Source of the DNA: Vulcanimicrobiota bacterium
GTDB taxonomy: Bacteria > Vulcanimicrobiota > Vulcanimicrobiia > Vulcanimicrobiales > Vulcanimicrobiaceae
DNA length: 64,000 nt
Direction: 5' to 3'
NCBI GenBank assembly: GCA_963786105.1
Contig: CAWAXX010000017.1
Span: 32,001 to 96,000, forward strand
Below the pieces are notes generated by a model. The model worked only from the letters and a program-made list of their open reading frames with translations. It searched no databases and was not told the DNA's origin. The translations under genes were made by a program, and so were the position numbers. Positions 28,477 through 38,986 of this stretch are shown in pieces (within the stretch, counting starts at the first letter, position 1; each line of letters opens with the position of its first letter).

Positions 28477-28929
28477 ATGGCTGAAACGCAAGTCGAGCAA
28501 TCGAGCTATCAGATGCCTCCTAAGGAGGGGTTTACCGTTACACATTTTATCACCGTCGCCGACATCGACCGATCGGCTGATTTTTATGAAAAGGTCTTTG
28601 GCGGCCGAGTGCTAAGCAGAGGCGATAGCAAAGGCGCGTCTGGGCACATTCAGATCGCGAATACGTGGCTCATTGTCAACGTCGGGGGCGGCCCCACCCC
28701 GGACAAGCCGACGGTAACGCTCAGCGTCCCCGCCGACCCGGATAAGCTCAGCAGCTTTATGAATATTCGCGTTGCGGATATTCAAGCGTGCTATGAATTA
28801 TGGAAAAGTCGAGGAGCCGAGTTCCTCACGGAACCGATTGCTAAGTACGGCGAAATTCGCTGCTACATCCGCGATCCTGACGGCTATATTATCGAGGTCG
28901 GACAGAGCACCGATCTCCCGTACGGTTAA
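28477..28929 (+). CDS. VOC/glyoxalase family protein, copy 1
   Basis: VADIDRSADFYEKVFG, RVADIQACY, YIRDPDGYIIEV. Confidence 0.9.
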   Translation: MAETQVEQSSYQMPPKEGFTVTHFITVADIDRSADFYEKVFGGRVLSRGDSKGASGHIQIANTWLIVNVGGGPTPDKPTVTLSVPADPDKLSSFMNIRVADIQACYELWKSRGAEFLTEPIAKYGEIRCYIRDPDGYIIEVGQSTDLPYG

Positions 28930-28940
28930 CGCTAGCCCGA

Positions 28941-29453
28941 ATGAAAGCATCTGTCGTGAGCGCCTACGGCGGCCCGGAAGTGATGAAATATCAGGACATG
29001 CCTGATCCCAGCCTGGGCGCGGGCGATGTTCTCATCAAGGCGGCCGGCATCGGCATCAACCGGGAGGACATGCTCGAGCGCAACGGCGGCTTGAAGGATT
29101 GGCAGTTGCACTTTCCAGCGATCATCGGTCTCGACGTATCCGGAACGGTGATCGCGACGGGCGACGGCGTAATCGACCTCATTGCCGGCGACCGTGTCTG
29201 CGGATGGTCTTACCACAAGTACGCTGCGCTGGTCGCCGACAAGGCGACGCTTTTCGCCAAGGTGCCGGAGACGATGGACCTGGTAGATGCGGCCGCGATT
29301 CCGCTCGTGGGCGTCACCGGAAGCCAATTGATCTCCGTCGCAAGCAGCGTGCACTCTGGCCAGACGGTGCTGGTCTCCGGCGCGGCCGGAGCCGTCGGTC
29401 GTTGCGCGCGCGGCGTCGGACGTATAGATACTCGTTGTCTGAAATGGAGTTGA
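28941..29453 (+). pseudogene. NADP-dependent quinone oxidoreductase (MDR family), 3'-truncated
   Basis: YGGPEV, GLDVSG, GQTVLVSGAAGAVG then ends abruptly. Confidence 0.75.
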
Positions 29454-29455
29454 TA

Positions 29456-29911
29456 ATGGACGAAGTACGAGTCGAGCAATCGAGTTTTAGGATGCCGCCC
29501 CGAGAGGGGTTCACCATCGCGCACTTTCTCACAGTTGCCGACATCGAGCGATCCGTCGAATTCTACTCAAAGGTGTTCGGTGGAGAAATCGTAAGCAGCG
29601 GCGACGAGGAAGGCGCACCGCCGTACATCAAAATTGCAAACACTTGGCTCATTGTCAACGTTGGCGGTGGTCCGACACCGGACAAACCGACCGTAATGCT
29701 CCAACCCCCTCCCGACCCCAATGAGATTAGCAGCTTCATGAATATCCGCGTCGCGGACATTCAAGCGTGCTACGAGCTCTGGAAAAGCCGCGGAGCGACC
29801 TTTCTGACCGAACCCATAGACAAGTATGGCGAGATACGATGCTACATCCGCGATCCTGACGGTTATATCATCGAAGTCGGGCAAAGCAAGCCCGGGTTCA
29901 GGTATGGCTAA
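29456..29911 (+). CDS. VOC/glyoxalase family protein, copy 2
   Basis: close paralog of 28477-28929 (NTWLIVNVGGGPTPDKPTV, SSFMNIRVADIQACYELWKSRG). Confidence 0.9.
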   Translation: MDEVRVEQSSFRMPPREGFTIAHFLTVADIERSVEFYSKVFGGEIVSSGDEEGAPPYIKIANTWLIVNVGGGPTPDKPTVMLQPPPDPNEISSFMNIRVADIQACYELWKSRGATFLTEPIDKYGEIRCYIRDPDGYIIEVGQSKPGFRYG

Positions 29912-30608
29912 AGAAAAGGTCGCGGTGATAACGGGCGCATCCCACGGTATTGGCGCGAACCTCGTAACTGCGTATAGCGAAGCTGGCTACAATGTCGTTG
30001 CGAATTCGCGCTCGATCGGGGCCAGCGCGGATCCGAGCATTGTCAACATCGCGGGCGACATTGGCGAGCCGGACACAGCCAACCGCATCATGCACGAAGG
30101 CGTCGGAAGATTCGGGCGCCTCGATACGCTCGTTAACAACGCGGGCGTGTTTATTTCAAAGCCCTTCACGGAGTACACGCAGGCGGACTACGACGTAATG
30201 CTTGCGACGAACATCGCTGGATTTTTTTATTTGACGCAGCGCGCGGTGCGCGTCATGGACCGTCAAGGATGGGGACACATTGTGAATATCACAACAACCG
30301 CCGCGGAACAACCAATCAATGGTTCGCCGGCCCTTTTGGCATCTCTGACGAAAGGCGGTCTCAACGCCGCGACAAAAGCGCTGGCGATCGAATTCGCGCA
30401 ACGCGGTATTCGCGTGAACGCGGTCTCGCTCGGGATCATAAAAACCCAAGCGGCAGATTCCTACGCGGGACTCGAATCGTCGGAGCCGCTGCACCGTTTG
30501 GGCGAGATCGCCGACGTTGTATCAGCAGTAATGTACTTGGAACACGCTGGGTTTGTAACCGGTGAGATCTCGCACGTGGATGGCGGCCAAAGCGCGGGCC
30601 ACTGGTAG
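29904..30608 (+). CDS. SDR family oxidoreductase
   Basis: ITGASHGIG, LVNNAG, GIRVNAV, HVDGG; catalytic YxxxK is atypical (ASLTK). Confidence 0.88.
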   Translation: MAKEKVAVITGASHGIGANLVTAYSEAGYNVVANSRSIGASADPSIVNIAGDIGEPDTANRIMHEGVGRFGRLDTLVNNAGVFISKPFTEYTQADYDVMLATNIAGFFYLTQRAVRVMDRQGWGHIVNITTTAAEQPINGSPALLASLTKGGLNAATKALAIEFAQRGIRVNAVSLGIIKTQAADSYAGLESSEPLHRLGEIADVVSAVMYLEHAGFVTGEISHVDGGQSAGHW

Positions 30609-30782
30609 GCTCGCACGCCCAACATCCATTTTTCCCTCGCCACTCGACCCGGAAGCGCAAACGCATGACGACTTCCAAACCCCGCTACCGCGTCGAATCA
30701 GGGCACTGCGGAGAGCATCTTGCCGCGCCGCCGCAATCGCGCGATAATCAAGCGAGCGCGAATGCGCTGAGGAGGCGAACGC

Positions 30783-31931
30783 ATGGCTTCACGCCATTTC
30801 GTCGCGGTCTTGACGGCCGTCGGGTTTCTCGTCGGCTGCGCAGGGCAAGGCGGCTCACCGCCGGTATCCGCACGGGCCGCCCCTGACGGTCGAGCCGCCA
30901 CTCCGATCTCGACGGTCATTCCATTGCGGGGAGTGAGTCCGGAGACGCTTCGGGCGCAGTCCGACGCCGGCACCACCGTCCCATTCTATAGCGGCTCGGT
31001 CCAGTCGCCTCTCGACGGAAAGACCTACAAGTACTCGATCGTCGGAAGTGACCCCACAAGGAGCAATACGACTACGGCCATCTCGTACGTTCCGATCGAA
31101 GTCATCGTGACGTTCCCGGACGGCACCGTGCTCGATCCAACCCAACCCGCTTGCAACGACACGGTTTCCGTTTCCAACCGCCTCTATAAAGGACCGGACT
31201 TCGTCAAGACACCGTTAACGTCGAACGGCGTCAACGTCGGGAAGACGCAGCTCATCGATGCGTTCCAGCGGGCCGAGTTTTGGAGCATTCTCAAAGGCCA
31301 TCGATATCACACGGTGCTCAAAGCCGCGAGCGCCCCCATCATCGCGAACTATACGACGCGCGATGGCACGACGAAGCTGGGACCGATTTGCCATGATGCG
31401 AGGCATCGAGTCGGCAGCATCCCTTTTACCGAGTTCGATAACGTTGTCACCAGTCTCGCATTAAAATACGTGAAGCCGAACCAAGTCGCGATCGTCGCTA
31501 CGTACAACGTTTATTTGAGCAGCGCGAGCTTCACGTACGCCGGCTACCATAGCGCGTTTACCGTGGCCGGCGGGGGCACGCAAGTTTACGCGGTGGCGAC
31601 CTACAGCGATCCGCTTAGCTTAAATGACAACCCCGGCATCACCGATATTTCAATAGTCACCCACGAGCTCGGCGAGTTGTTCAACGATCCATTCGGCCAC
31701 AATGCAACGCCTGCGTGGGGTCATATTGGGCAGGTCACGGGCTGCCAAGCAAATTTCGAGGTCGGCGATCCGCTCACCGGGCATAACTTCAACCTCGAGT
31801 ACAATGGGTTTAAGTATCATCCCCAGGAGCTGGCATTCTTTTCGTGGTACTACCGCACGCCGTCAACGGGTACCGACGGAAAATATTCTTTTGAAGGAGC
31901 GTTTACGCAGACGCAGGGACTGTGCACGTAG
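30783..31931 (+). CDS. lipoprotein with HExxE metallopeptidase-like motif
   Basis: LVGC lipobox; AGYHS, THELGELFNDP, FEVGDPL. Confidence 0.65.
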   Translation: MASRHFVAVLTAVGFLVGCAGQGGSPPVSARAAPDGRAATPISTVIPLRGVSPETLRAQSDAGTTVPFYSGSVQSPLDGKTYKYSIVGSDPTRSNTTTAISYVPIEVIVTFPDGTVLDPTQPACNDTVSVSNRLYKGPDFVKTPLTSNGVNVGKTQLIDAFQRAEFWSILKGHRYHTVLKAASAPIIANYTTRDGTTKLGPICHDARHRVGSIPFTEFDNVVTSLALKYVKPNQVAIVATYNVYLSSASFTYAGYHSAFTVAGGGTQVYAVATYSDPLSLNDNPGITDISIVTHELGELFNDPFGHNATPAWGHIGQVTGCQANFEVGDPLTGHNFNLEYNGFKYHPQELAFFSWYYRTPSTGTDGKYSFEGAFTQTQGLCT

Positions 31932-33064
31932 CAAGCGGCCGTTCTCGACGAACGGCTTTTTCCTCACTTACCTTCACCGTCATTATTCTTGCTGGGTGCT
32001 CCGTCGCGCCCCAATCGAATCTCACTCCGAGCGCCGCGCCGATTGGTGCGGCCTTCTCGACGACGACCTACACGTACGTCGATCTCGGCGCCGGACCAAA
32101 CGGCAAAGGTGCGTACGGCTACGGTGAGAGTCCCAAGGCGCAGGGGGGTGCGTACTTCGATCACACCATCTCGTGCGGCAAAGATTGCTCGGCTAAGATC
32201 TACTATCCGCTTGCGTGGTCTGGACCCGGCTCGAGCCCGGTCGTTCTTTTGCCCCAATTCTATGCCGAGGGATGGGCGTATGGCGCAGGCGGCTCGCTGA
32301 TCGTCGGTACCCTCATCACGAATAATGGCGGCTTCTTCGGATTCGCCCACGCCGCGTTGTGGCAGGGTTCTTCGCATAACTTCACCGACCTCAACCCGGC
32401 CGGCAGTTGCGGAAGTTGTTCGCCGGGATCGAATGCGTACGGCACCGACGGAACGTTTATCGCCGGGTCCGGCGGATCACCGGCACACGCGCTCCTATGG
32501 AAGCTCGGGCAGTTGAAGACGCCCGTCGACCTGAATCCGGCCGGCTTTGCGTATTCCGAAGCCTACGTAGTGCGCGGTACCGTGCAGGCGGGCTACGCTT
32601 TCTCGAGCACGACGAATACCAACCACGCCGTTCTTTGGAATGGCACCGCTGCGAGTGTGGTCGACCTCACGCCGTCTACGGTGTCGACCGCCTATGCCAC
32701 GGGGTTAGGGCATCGGAGCGAGGTCGGCTGCGGCATACCCGCCGGGATGAGCGTGACCCACGCGCTTCTGTGGCACGGCACTGCCGCGAGCATGATCGAT
32801 CTTCAACCAGCAGGATTCACGGATTCGTGCGCTCGTGCTGCCCATGGGAACGTGCAAGTGGGATACGGACACGTCAGCGGCTCGAATGCGCTGCATGCGT
32901 TGCTCTGGAATGGTAGCGCGAAGACCGCGGTCGACCTCCAGCAGTACTTGCCGAACACGTTTACGAGTTCGCAGGCGTATGCGATCGACACGGCCGGCGC
33001 TATCCTCGGGTCCGCGTACTCGACGAGCACGGCAACGTGGCACGCGGTGGTTTGGGTCCCGTGA
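31922..33064 (+). CDS. HAF-like extracellular repeat lipoprotein
   Basis: LAGC lipobox; repeated HA(L/V)LW...DL(N/T/Q)P units. Confidence 0.75.
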   Translation: MHVASGRSRRTAFSSLTFTVIILAGCSVAPQSNLTPSAAPIGAAFSTTTYTYVDLGAGPNGKGAYGYGESPKAQGGAYFDHTISCGKDCSAKIYYPLAWSGPGSSPVVLLPQFYAEGWAYGAGGSLIVGTLITNNGGFFGFAHAALWQGSSHNFTDLNPAGSCGSCSPGSNAYGTDGTFIAGSGGSPAHALLWKLGQLKTPVDLNPAGFAYSEAYVVRGTVQAGYAFSSTTNTNHAVLWNGTAASVVDLTPSTVSTAYATGLGHRSEVGCGIPAGMSVTHALLWHGTAASMIDLQPAGFTDSCARAAHGNVQVGYGHVSGSNALHALLWNGSAKTAVDLQQYLPNTFTSSQAYAIDTAGAILGSAYSTSTATWHAVVWVP

Positions 33065-33218
33065 GCGAGACGGCGCCGCTCTCCGTTCTTCGACCGAGGT
33101 TCCCAAAACCGATCGGCGATCTCGCGGCGATGCTGCCCTCGTATTGGCGCACTAGGCGCCTGAAGGCAAATTCACCGACGGTAGCCTAAGAGGCGTTTGG
33201 CTGTATGCCGATCGGACG

Positions 33219-33761
33219 GTGCCTATGACTAAAACGCCTTGCGCGATGATGTTCTTGGTGACGCTCGCTTTAGCCGGGCGTGCCGCGCCGAGCGATGCCG
33301 CGCTTACATGTTATCCGCTGATCCCCGCGCAAATGGTCACGACCGTCGATTCCGCGCAGGGCTTCTCGGGCCAAGTCTTTCAGTTCAAGACGACCGAAAC
33401 GGTATCAAGCAACGGCCTTAGCGTCCCGGCCGGCTCGATGGGGTACGGAGTCGTACTCAACGCAATTCCCGCCAGCAATCGAGCGCGCAACGGCATCGTC
33501 GTTCTCGAACCGCGCTTCTTACTCGTCGGCGGCCAGCAGGTCCAAGTTGCAGGCGATCCGGCGGACGGTTCGATTCTGACCCACGACCCATCGGCGATCG
33601 CCTTAGGGGCGAACGTGATCCCATTTGGAGGCGGACTCGCGGCAAGCGAGGCCATCAAAGGGACCAACATCACGGTGGGGCCGGGCTACTCGTTCCACAT
33701 CGTCCCAATCGGGAATCTGCAGGAGCGAGGTCCCTGCGTGCAATCCACCGCGACCCGGTAG
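33219..33761 (+). CDS. secreted hypothetical protein
   Basis: signal peptide; beta-rich. Confidence 0.6.
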   Translation: MPMTKTPCAMMFLVTLALAGRAAPSDAALTCYPLIPAQMVTTVDSAQGFSGQVFQFKTTETVSSNGLSVPAGSMGYGVVLNAIPASNRARNGIVVLEPRFLLVGGQQVQVAGDPADGSILTHDPSAIALGANVIPFGGGLAASEAIKGTNITVGPGYSFHIVPIGNLQERGPCVQSTATR

Positions 33762-33816
33762 ATCGCTCCGCTGGGCAAGGAAGGTGGCGCTCACGAACGC
33801 AGAACGAGTAGCCGCT

Positions 33817-34443
33817 ATGAGAATACTCGCACGGGCGTGCACCTTGCTGGCGTTGACGCTGGTAGGGGCGGGGAGCGCGCAGACGGCCTCGATGGATCTC
33901 CTCAGCCGAGCCGCCAATCCAAATCCTACGCTAAAATCGTATACCGCTGCGGTTGTGCTCTCGGCAACGCTGCATGCAGTCATCCCGGTGCACCAGACCC
34001 TTAACGGTACGGTCTATTACCTCAAGCCCAAGCGAAAGATCGCGTTTCAGAACGTTCCTGGGCCGCTTAGCCGGTTTAAGGACCTCGCTGCTTCTACCCC
34101 GACCTACGACGAGGCCGTCGCTCGGTACACCATCACTCCGCTTACGGACGACGGCACGACGTCGACCTATTCGCTCGTTCCAAAGGACACCGGCAGCCGC
34201 GTCAAGAGCGTTACGCTCAACGTCGACGACCACGCCGCGCTCATCAATCGAGCGCAATGGGCCTACACCAACGGCGGCAGTTTGATTTTTAATCCGTCAT
34301 ACACGCACGTGGGCAGCTTCAATCTTCCTTCCAAGACCGTGATCGCGGCCCGGTTCCCCGGATACAGCGTCGACGGCACGCTGATGTTTTCAAACTATCA
34401 ACCGAACGCCACCGTATCGCCGTCGGTCTTTGCGTCCCCTTAG
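33817..34443 (+). CDS. secreted hypothetical protein (LolA-like)
   Basis: signal peptide; NPTLKSYTA, YSLVPK, FSNY pattern. Confidence 0.55.
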   Translation: MRILARACTLLALTLVGAGSAQTASMDLLSRAANPNPTLKSYTAAVVLSATLHAVIPVHQTLNGTVYYLKPKRKIAFQNVPGPLSRFKDLAASTPTYDEAVARYTITPLTDDGTTSTYSLVPKDTGSRVKSVTLNVDDHAALINRAQWAYTNGGSLIFNPSYTHVGSFNLPSKTVIAARFPGYSVDGTLMFSNYQPNATVSPSVFASP

Positions 34444-34471
34444 TTGCTGTTGTTCAAAGGAGACGACTGAG

Positions 34472-34990
34472 ATGAGTTTGTCGCGCAAGCAGCTGCTCGA
34501 AACGGCAGCGTCGCTGGGGCTTCTCGCGGCCGTTCGCTCACCGGTGTCCGCAGCGGTGACCGCGCCGGCCGCGAACGCCGCCGCAGTTGTAGGAGCGTGG
34601 AAGCTGGAGAGCTTCGTCGTCGACGCATCGTCGGAGTCGGAGAAGCCGCGCTTCGGAATCAATCCGATCGGATACCTCATCTACACGGCCAGCGGTCGGA
34701 TGTCGGCGACCTTGATGGCGGCGCATCGCGCAAAACTCGACTCGCCGAAAGGCGCGACCTCGACGCTAGACGAGCTGACGCAATCGCTCGCCAACTTCCT
34801 ATCGTATGCGGGGACGTACGAAATCCGCGGCAATCGCGTTTTCCACCGCGTCGAAGTGAGCGTTTTTACCAACCTCGTCGGTACGACCCTCGAGCGTGAG
34901 TTCAGTCTTTCCGGCGATACGCTGACCATTCGAACGCTGCCGCCCGAAATTTGGGGAACCTCAAACCGCCTCGTGTGGAAGCGCGCCTAA
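34472..34990 (+). CDS. lipocalin-like domain protein with Tat-like leader
   Basis: SRKQLL leader; VGAWKLES, GYLIYTASGRMS, SYAGTY; AAGGAG SD. Confidence 0.8.
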   Translation: MSLSRKQLLETAASLGLLAAVRSPVSAAVTAPAANAAAVVGAWKLESFVVDASSESEKPRFGINPIGYLIYTASGRMSATLMAAHRAKLDSPKGATSTLDELTQSLANFLSYAGTYEIRGNRVFHRVEVSVFTNLVGTTLEREFSLSGDTLTIRTLPPEIWGTSNRLVWKRA

Positions 34991-35262
34991 GTACTACGTT
35001 TGCCCCCCAGATCGTGCCACGATGCCTCGGTCAGCTCGACGTCGTAGTGCTTCGCGGCTTTCTTGATGTTCGCAAACGCCTGGGCGCGGTCGGCCTCCGA
35101 AGCGTCGGTCACTTGATCGAAACGTGCCAGCGCGTTGCGCACGTGGCGTGCGTCGGTAAGGGGTTCCTTTCGCTGCTTCGGAAACGCGTATACGCTCGAC
35201 GGGAGATCGCTGCGCTTGGTCAGGCGGCCGTGCTTTTCATGAGGTTTCCACGTTGCTCGCAT
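34987..35262 (-). CDS. small conserved hypothetical protein (DUF6582-like)
   Basis: YAFPKQRKEPLTDARHVRNALARFDQV. Confidence 0.7.
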   Translation of the reverse strand: MRATWKPHEKHGRLTKRSDLPSSVYAFPKQRKEPLTDARHVRNALARFDQVTDASEADRAQAFANIKKAAKHYDVELTEASWHDLGGKRST

Positions 35263-35299
35263 GAACGGGTTATACCCGGACGGCGCCGTGCTTAACGCG

Positions 35300-35488
35300 T
35301 CACCAAAGCGCGCCCTCAGCCACCAGGATATAGAGGATTGGACCCAGGCCCCAGATGATGCTGACGATGAACCAGACGATCTTGGTGAACGTGGAAAGGT
35401 CGCCGCGGGCGATCAGATTGATCCACATCAGGATCATGGCAATCGGATGCAAGATGACCGACAGAAGGATCTCGAGCAACAGCTTCAT
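35300..35488 (-). CDS. small membrane protein (PLDc N-terminal-like)
   Basis: KIVWFIVSIIWGLGPILY. Confidence 0.6.
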   Translation of the reverse strand: MKLLLEILLSVILHPIAMILMWINLIARGDLSTFTKIVWFIVSIIWGLGPILYILVAEGALW

Positions 35489-35556
35489 GCCGCCCTATTC
35501 GCGGCCGCATCGCGTGGCCGCCTTTGCCGGTTTTGCGTAGCGATGGACGACACCCG

Positions 35557-36321
35557 ATGACGATGCCGGTATTGTTCCTTGGCCATGGTAGCCCGATGAA
35601 CGCCATCGAACGCAACGGCTACTCGGATGCCTGGCGCTCCGCCGGCGAGGCGCTCCCCCGGCCCAGCGCCGTCGTAGTGATTTCGGCGCACTGGTATCGC
35701 AGCGGCGCTGCCGTGACCGTCATGGAGCGTCCGCGTACTATCCACGATTTCTATGGATTTCCACCGGCGTTGTACGCCGTACGCTACCCTGCGCCGGGCT
35801 CGCCCGAGCTTGCGAAACGGGTAGCGGCGCTGGCCGCGCCCGTGGACGTCCAGCTCGACGAGGCGTGGGGGTTGGATCACGGCGCGTGGTCGGTGCTCGT
35901 GCATCTGTTGCCAGCGGCGGACGTCCCGGTTATTCAGTTGGCAATCGACGCGCGGCAGCCGGCGGCGTTTCACTGGAACCTTGGTGCCACGCTCGCGCCG
36001 CTTCGCGACGAAGGCGTGCTGATCGTGGGCAGTGGCAACGTCGTGCACAACCTGCGCCTGGCCGACTTCGGTCTGGGCGGTGGTTACGACTGGGCCGTCA
36101 CCTTTGACGACCTGATGAGAGAGGCGCTCGAGGACGGGGATCGGGAGGCGCTGGTCGACTATGGGCGTCACCCCGGCGGGAGGCTAGCCGTGCCGACCCC
36201 CGATCACTATTTGCCGCTGCTGTACGCGGCGGCCCTTAGGCGCCCCGGTGAAGGCGTCGCCACGGTCGTCGACGGTTTGGAGGCTGGCTCGCTTTCGATG
36301 CGCTCCATTCGAATCGGATAG
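35557..36321 (+). CDS. ygiD: 4,5-DOPA extradiol dioxygenase
   Basis: FLGHGSPMN, VISAHW, TIHDFYGFP, GLDHG, GSGNVVHNL, PTPDHYLPL. Confidence 0.9.
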   Translation: MTMPVLFLGHGSPMNAIERNGYSDAWRSAGEALPRPSAVVVISAHWYRSGAAVTVMERPRTIHDFYGFPPALYAVRYPAPGSPELAKRVAALAAPVDVQLDEAWGLDHGAWSVLVHLLPAADVPVIQLAIDARQPAAFHWNLGATLAPLRDEGVLIVGSGNVVHNLRLADFGLGGGYDWAVTFDDLMREALEDGDREALVDYGRHPGGRLAVPTPDHYLPLLYAAALRRPGEGVATVVDGLEAGSLSMRSIRIG

Positions 36322-36375
36322 GATCGCACGAGAGAAGTGCATCCGGGAAGCGGCCGGCGAGCGTTCTAAGCGTGT

Positions 36376-36792
36376 ATGCGTCACGACATTACGCCAGAAA
36401 TCCAGAAAACCGAAGAGCAGTGGAAGACCGAGCTCGGTCCGGAACGTTACCATATCCTGCGCGAGGCCGGGACCGAGGCGCCGTTCACCGGAAGTTTGCT
36501 CAACCTCCGCGACGACGGCACTTACGTCTGCGGAGCGTGCGGCAATCCGCTCTTTTCCTCGAACGCGAAGTTCGACTCGCACTGCGGCTGGCCGAGTTTC
36601 ACGCATCCCGATCAGCAACAGAACGTGCGCCTCCTCGACGACAACGCTTTCGGCATGCACCGAACGGAAGTACGCTGCAAACGGTGCGATTCGCATTTAG
36701 GCCATGTCTTCGACGATGGACCTGGGCCGGCCGGCACGCGCTTCTGCATTAACTCGCGCTCGCTCGATTTTAAGCAATCGCAAGAGTCGTAA
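36376..36792 (+). CDS. msrB: peptide-methionine (R)-S-oxide reductase
   Basis: GTEAPFTG, CGAC, CGWPSF, CKRCDSHLGHVF, RFCINS. Confidence 0.96.
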   Translation: MRHDITPEIQKTEEQWKTELGPERYHILREAGTEAPFTGSLLNLRDDGTYVCGACGNPLFSSNAKFDSHCGWPSFTHPDQQQNVRLLDDNAFGMHRTEVRCKRCDSHLGHVFDDGPGPAGTRFCINSRSLDFKQSQES

Positions 36793-36804
36793 GCGATGGC
36801 GCGG

Positions 36805-37299
36805 CTACGGTCGCGTCGTGTGGGTGATGAGAATACTGGTGACGTTCGGTTTGTCGGATGAGATTTGCACCGCGACCGCGTCCGGCGCGGTTTGATTTCC
36901 GACCTGAAATGATGCGACCGAACCGTTCCCGCTGGTAACGTTCATGCGCTCTGCACCGGCCGGCAGCTGCTGCTTGTAGTACGCGTAGACCTTATCGAAA
37001 GCGTCGGCGGTCGTAAAGCTGGCGATGACGGTGGATCCGCCGGCGGTTGCCGTCGTAATGCTCGCGGGTTCACCCGCCTGGGCGCCGGGATAGACGGGCA
37101 CGCCGAGCTGGGCGGGATTCACGCCTTGACCGACGGCTATTGTTCCGTCGTTCGTCTTTACGGTGACGTTCTTGTCATCGTTGCTGGTGGTCACGGTCGC
37201 CGTTCCGTTTCGCGTCTGGATCGTCGTTTTGTGCGACGCGCAGGCGACCGGCGCCACGGTCAGTAACATCGCGAAAAGCGGGATCGTGGCATGCCTCAT
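36805..37299 (-). CDS. hypothetical lipoprotein
   Basis: PVAC lipobox-like leader; LGVPVYPGA. Confidence 0.6.
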   Translation of the reverse strand: MRHATIPLFAMLLTVAPVACASHKTTIQTRNGTATVTTSNDDKNVTVKTNDGTIAVGQGVNPAQLGVPVYPGAQAGEPASITTATAGGSTVIASFTTADAFDKVYAYYKQQLPAGAERMNVTSGNGSVASFQVGNQTAPDAVAVQISSDKPNVTSILITHTTRP

Positions 37300-37352
37300 G
37301 CGATCCCGTCTTCTTCGGGAAACGCCGGCTCTCATTTGGGGTTACGAAAGGC

Positions 37353-38282
37353 ATGACGGTTAAAGCGCAGTTTCCGGACGAGCAGTCCACCGCCGGCGAG
37401 TTCGTTCGTCAGGACGACGTCTTTCGCAACTGGGTGCGCGCCGACGGCAGTTCGGACTATCCGGCGGCGGCGGCACGCTACCACCTCTACGTCTCGTTGG
37501 CGTGCCCCTGGGCCCATCGTACGATCGTCGTCCGCAAGCTCAAGCGCCTCGAGCGCGTCATCGGGATGACGGTCGTCGATCCGATTCGTGACGAACGGGG
37601 GTGGCAGTTCCCGCAGCCCGATCCGATCAACGGATGGGCGTTTCTGAGCGAAGCGTATTGGGCAACCGATCCGGCATACCGCGGACGCGTCACCGTTCCG
37701 GTGCTGTGGGATACGCGTCGGAGGCGCATCGTGAGCAATTCCGACGACGACATCATGCGCATGTTCGAACTCGAGTTCGAGGCCTTCGGCGACGCCGGCA
37801 TCGCGCTTTACCCGCGCGAGCGGCGCGCCGAGATCGACGCGCTCAACGAAGTGCTCTACGAGACCGTCAACAACGGCGTCTATCGGGCTGGATTTGCCAC
37901 CAGCCAAGCTTCCTACGAAAAAGCCGTCTACCAGATTTTCGAAACGCTCGACGCGATGGAGGAACGGCTTGAAACGCGGCGCTACCTCTTTGGACCCCAA
38001 CCACTGGAGAGCGACTGGCGTTTCTTCGTAACGCTCGTGCGTTTCGATGCGGTGTATTATGGCCACTTCAAGTGCAATCTTCGCCGCATAGCGGAATACC
38101 GAAACCTGTTCGGCTACTTGCGCGATCTCTATCAAATCGACGGCGTCGCCGAGACGGTGAACTTCGATCACATCAAGCGGCACTACTATTACACCCACGA
38201 CGACATCAATCCGACACGAATCGTGCCGGTCGGGCCCCTTGTGGACCTGAACGCCCCGCACGGCCGGGAACGGCTAGGGTAA
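37353..38282 (+). CDS. yqjG: glutathionyl-hydroquinone reductase (GST xi/omega class)
   Basis: YVSLACPWAHR, VTVPVLWD, NNGVYRAGFA, RFDAVYYGHFKCN. Confidence 0.9.
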   Translation: MTVKAQFPDEQSTAGEFVRQDDVFRNWVRADGSSDYPAAAARYHLYVSLACPWAHRTIVVRKLKRLERVIGMTVVDPIRDERGWQFPQPDPINGWAFLSEAYWATDPAYRGRVTVPVLWDTRRRRIVSNSDDDIMRMFELEFEAFGDAGIALYPRERRAEIDALNEVLYETVNNGVYRAGFATSQASYEKAVYQIFETLDAMEERLETRRYLFGPQPLESDWRFFVTLVRFDAVYYGHFKCNLRRIAEYRNLFGYLRDLYQIDGVAETVNFDHIKRHYYYTHDDINPTRIVPVGPLVDLNAPHGRERLG

Positions 38283-38354
38283 GTATCAACGAATGCGGTC
38301 GAGCGAGCGTTTCTCAGCCTAATTTAGGCATCCCGGGTGTATGATCTCCACACT

Positions 38355-38978
38355 ATGAAGAAACTCTGGATAGCGCTGGCTTTAGCGCTCGTCGCCATGC
38401 CGATAGCAGCGTGGGCCGACGGCAACGATTCCGCCGCGGCTGCGCCGCCGTCGATGACTCCCGCTCAGCGGCAGGCCGTCATGAAAACGATGCAGACCTT
38501 TCGCGACAAAGAAAGGACGATGCACCAACAGATGCGCTCGCAGATTTTGGCCGCCCTCTCGCCCGACCATCGCACCGCCGTAGCCGGCGTCATCGGTGAA
38601 ATGGTGATCTCTGAGAACCCCGACCCGGTCGCCGCCGCGAAGCAGATCGACGGCATCCTTTCACCGGGCGAACAGCGGGCGATTCTGGCCGCGCACACGT
38701 CCTTCGTCACGCAAAGCCAGCAGCTCATGCAGCAAATGCACGCCCAACTCCAAAGCGAGATGCCGGCTGGGGCTCAAGGTCACCGCAACTGGGCGACTTC
38801 GATGCGTCCTCCGAGCAACTTGACCAACGACGCCGGTGGCGTCTTGATGATGGTATTGGCGCATCGAGCGCCGATGGGAATGGAAATGAGCGACCATCAT
38901 CCCGGAGATATGGACGACCATCATTCCGGAATGCCCGCCGGACCGCCGCCACCGGGTGGGCCGCCTCCGCCGCCGTAA
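38355..38978 (+). CDS. secreted Met/Gln-rich helical protein (Spy/CpxP-like)
   Basis: signal peptide; LSPxQ-like motifs; His/Met/Pro-rich tail. Confidence 0.6.
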   Translation: MKKLWIALALALVAMPIAAWADGNDSAAAAPPSMTPAQRQAVMKTMQTFRDKERTMHQQMRSQILAALSPDHRTAVAGVIGEMVISENPDPVAAAKQIDGILSPGEQRAILAAHTSFVTQSQQLMQQMHAQLQSEMPAGAQGHRNWATSMRPPSNLTNDAGGVLMMVLAHRAPMGMEMSDHHPGDMDDHHSGMPAGPPPPGGPPPPP

Positions 38979-38986
38979 CGACGGCG

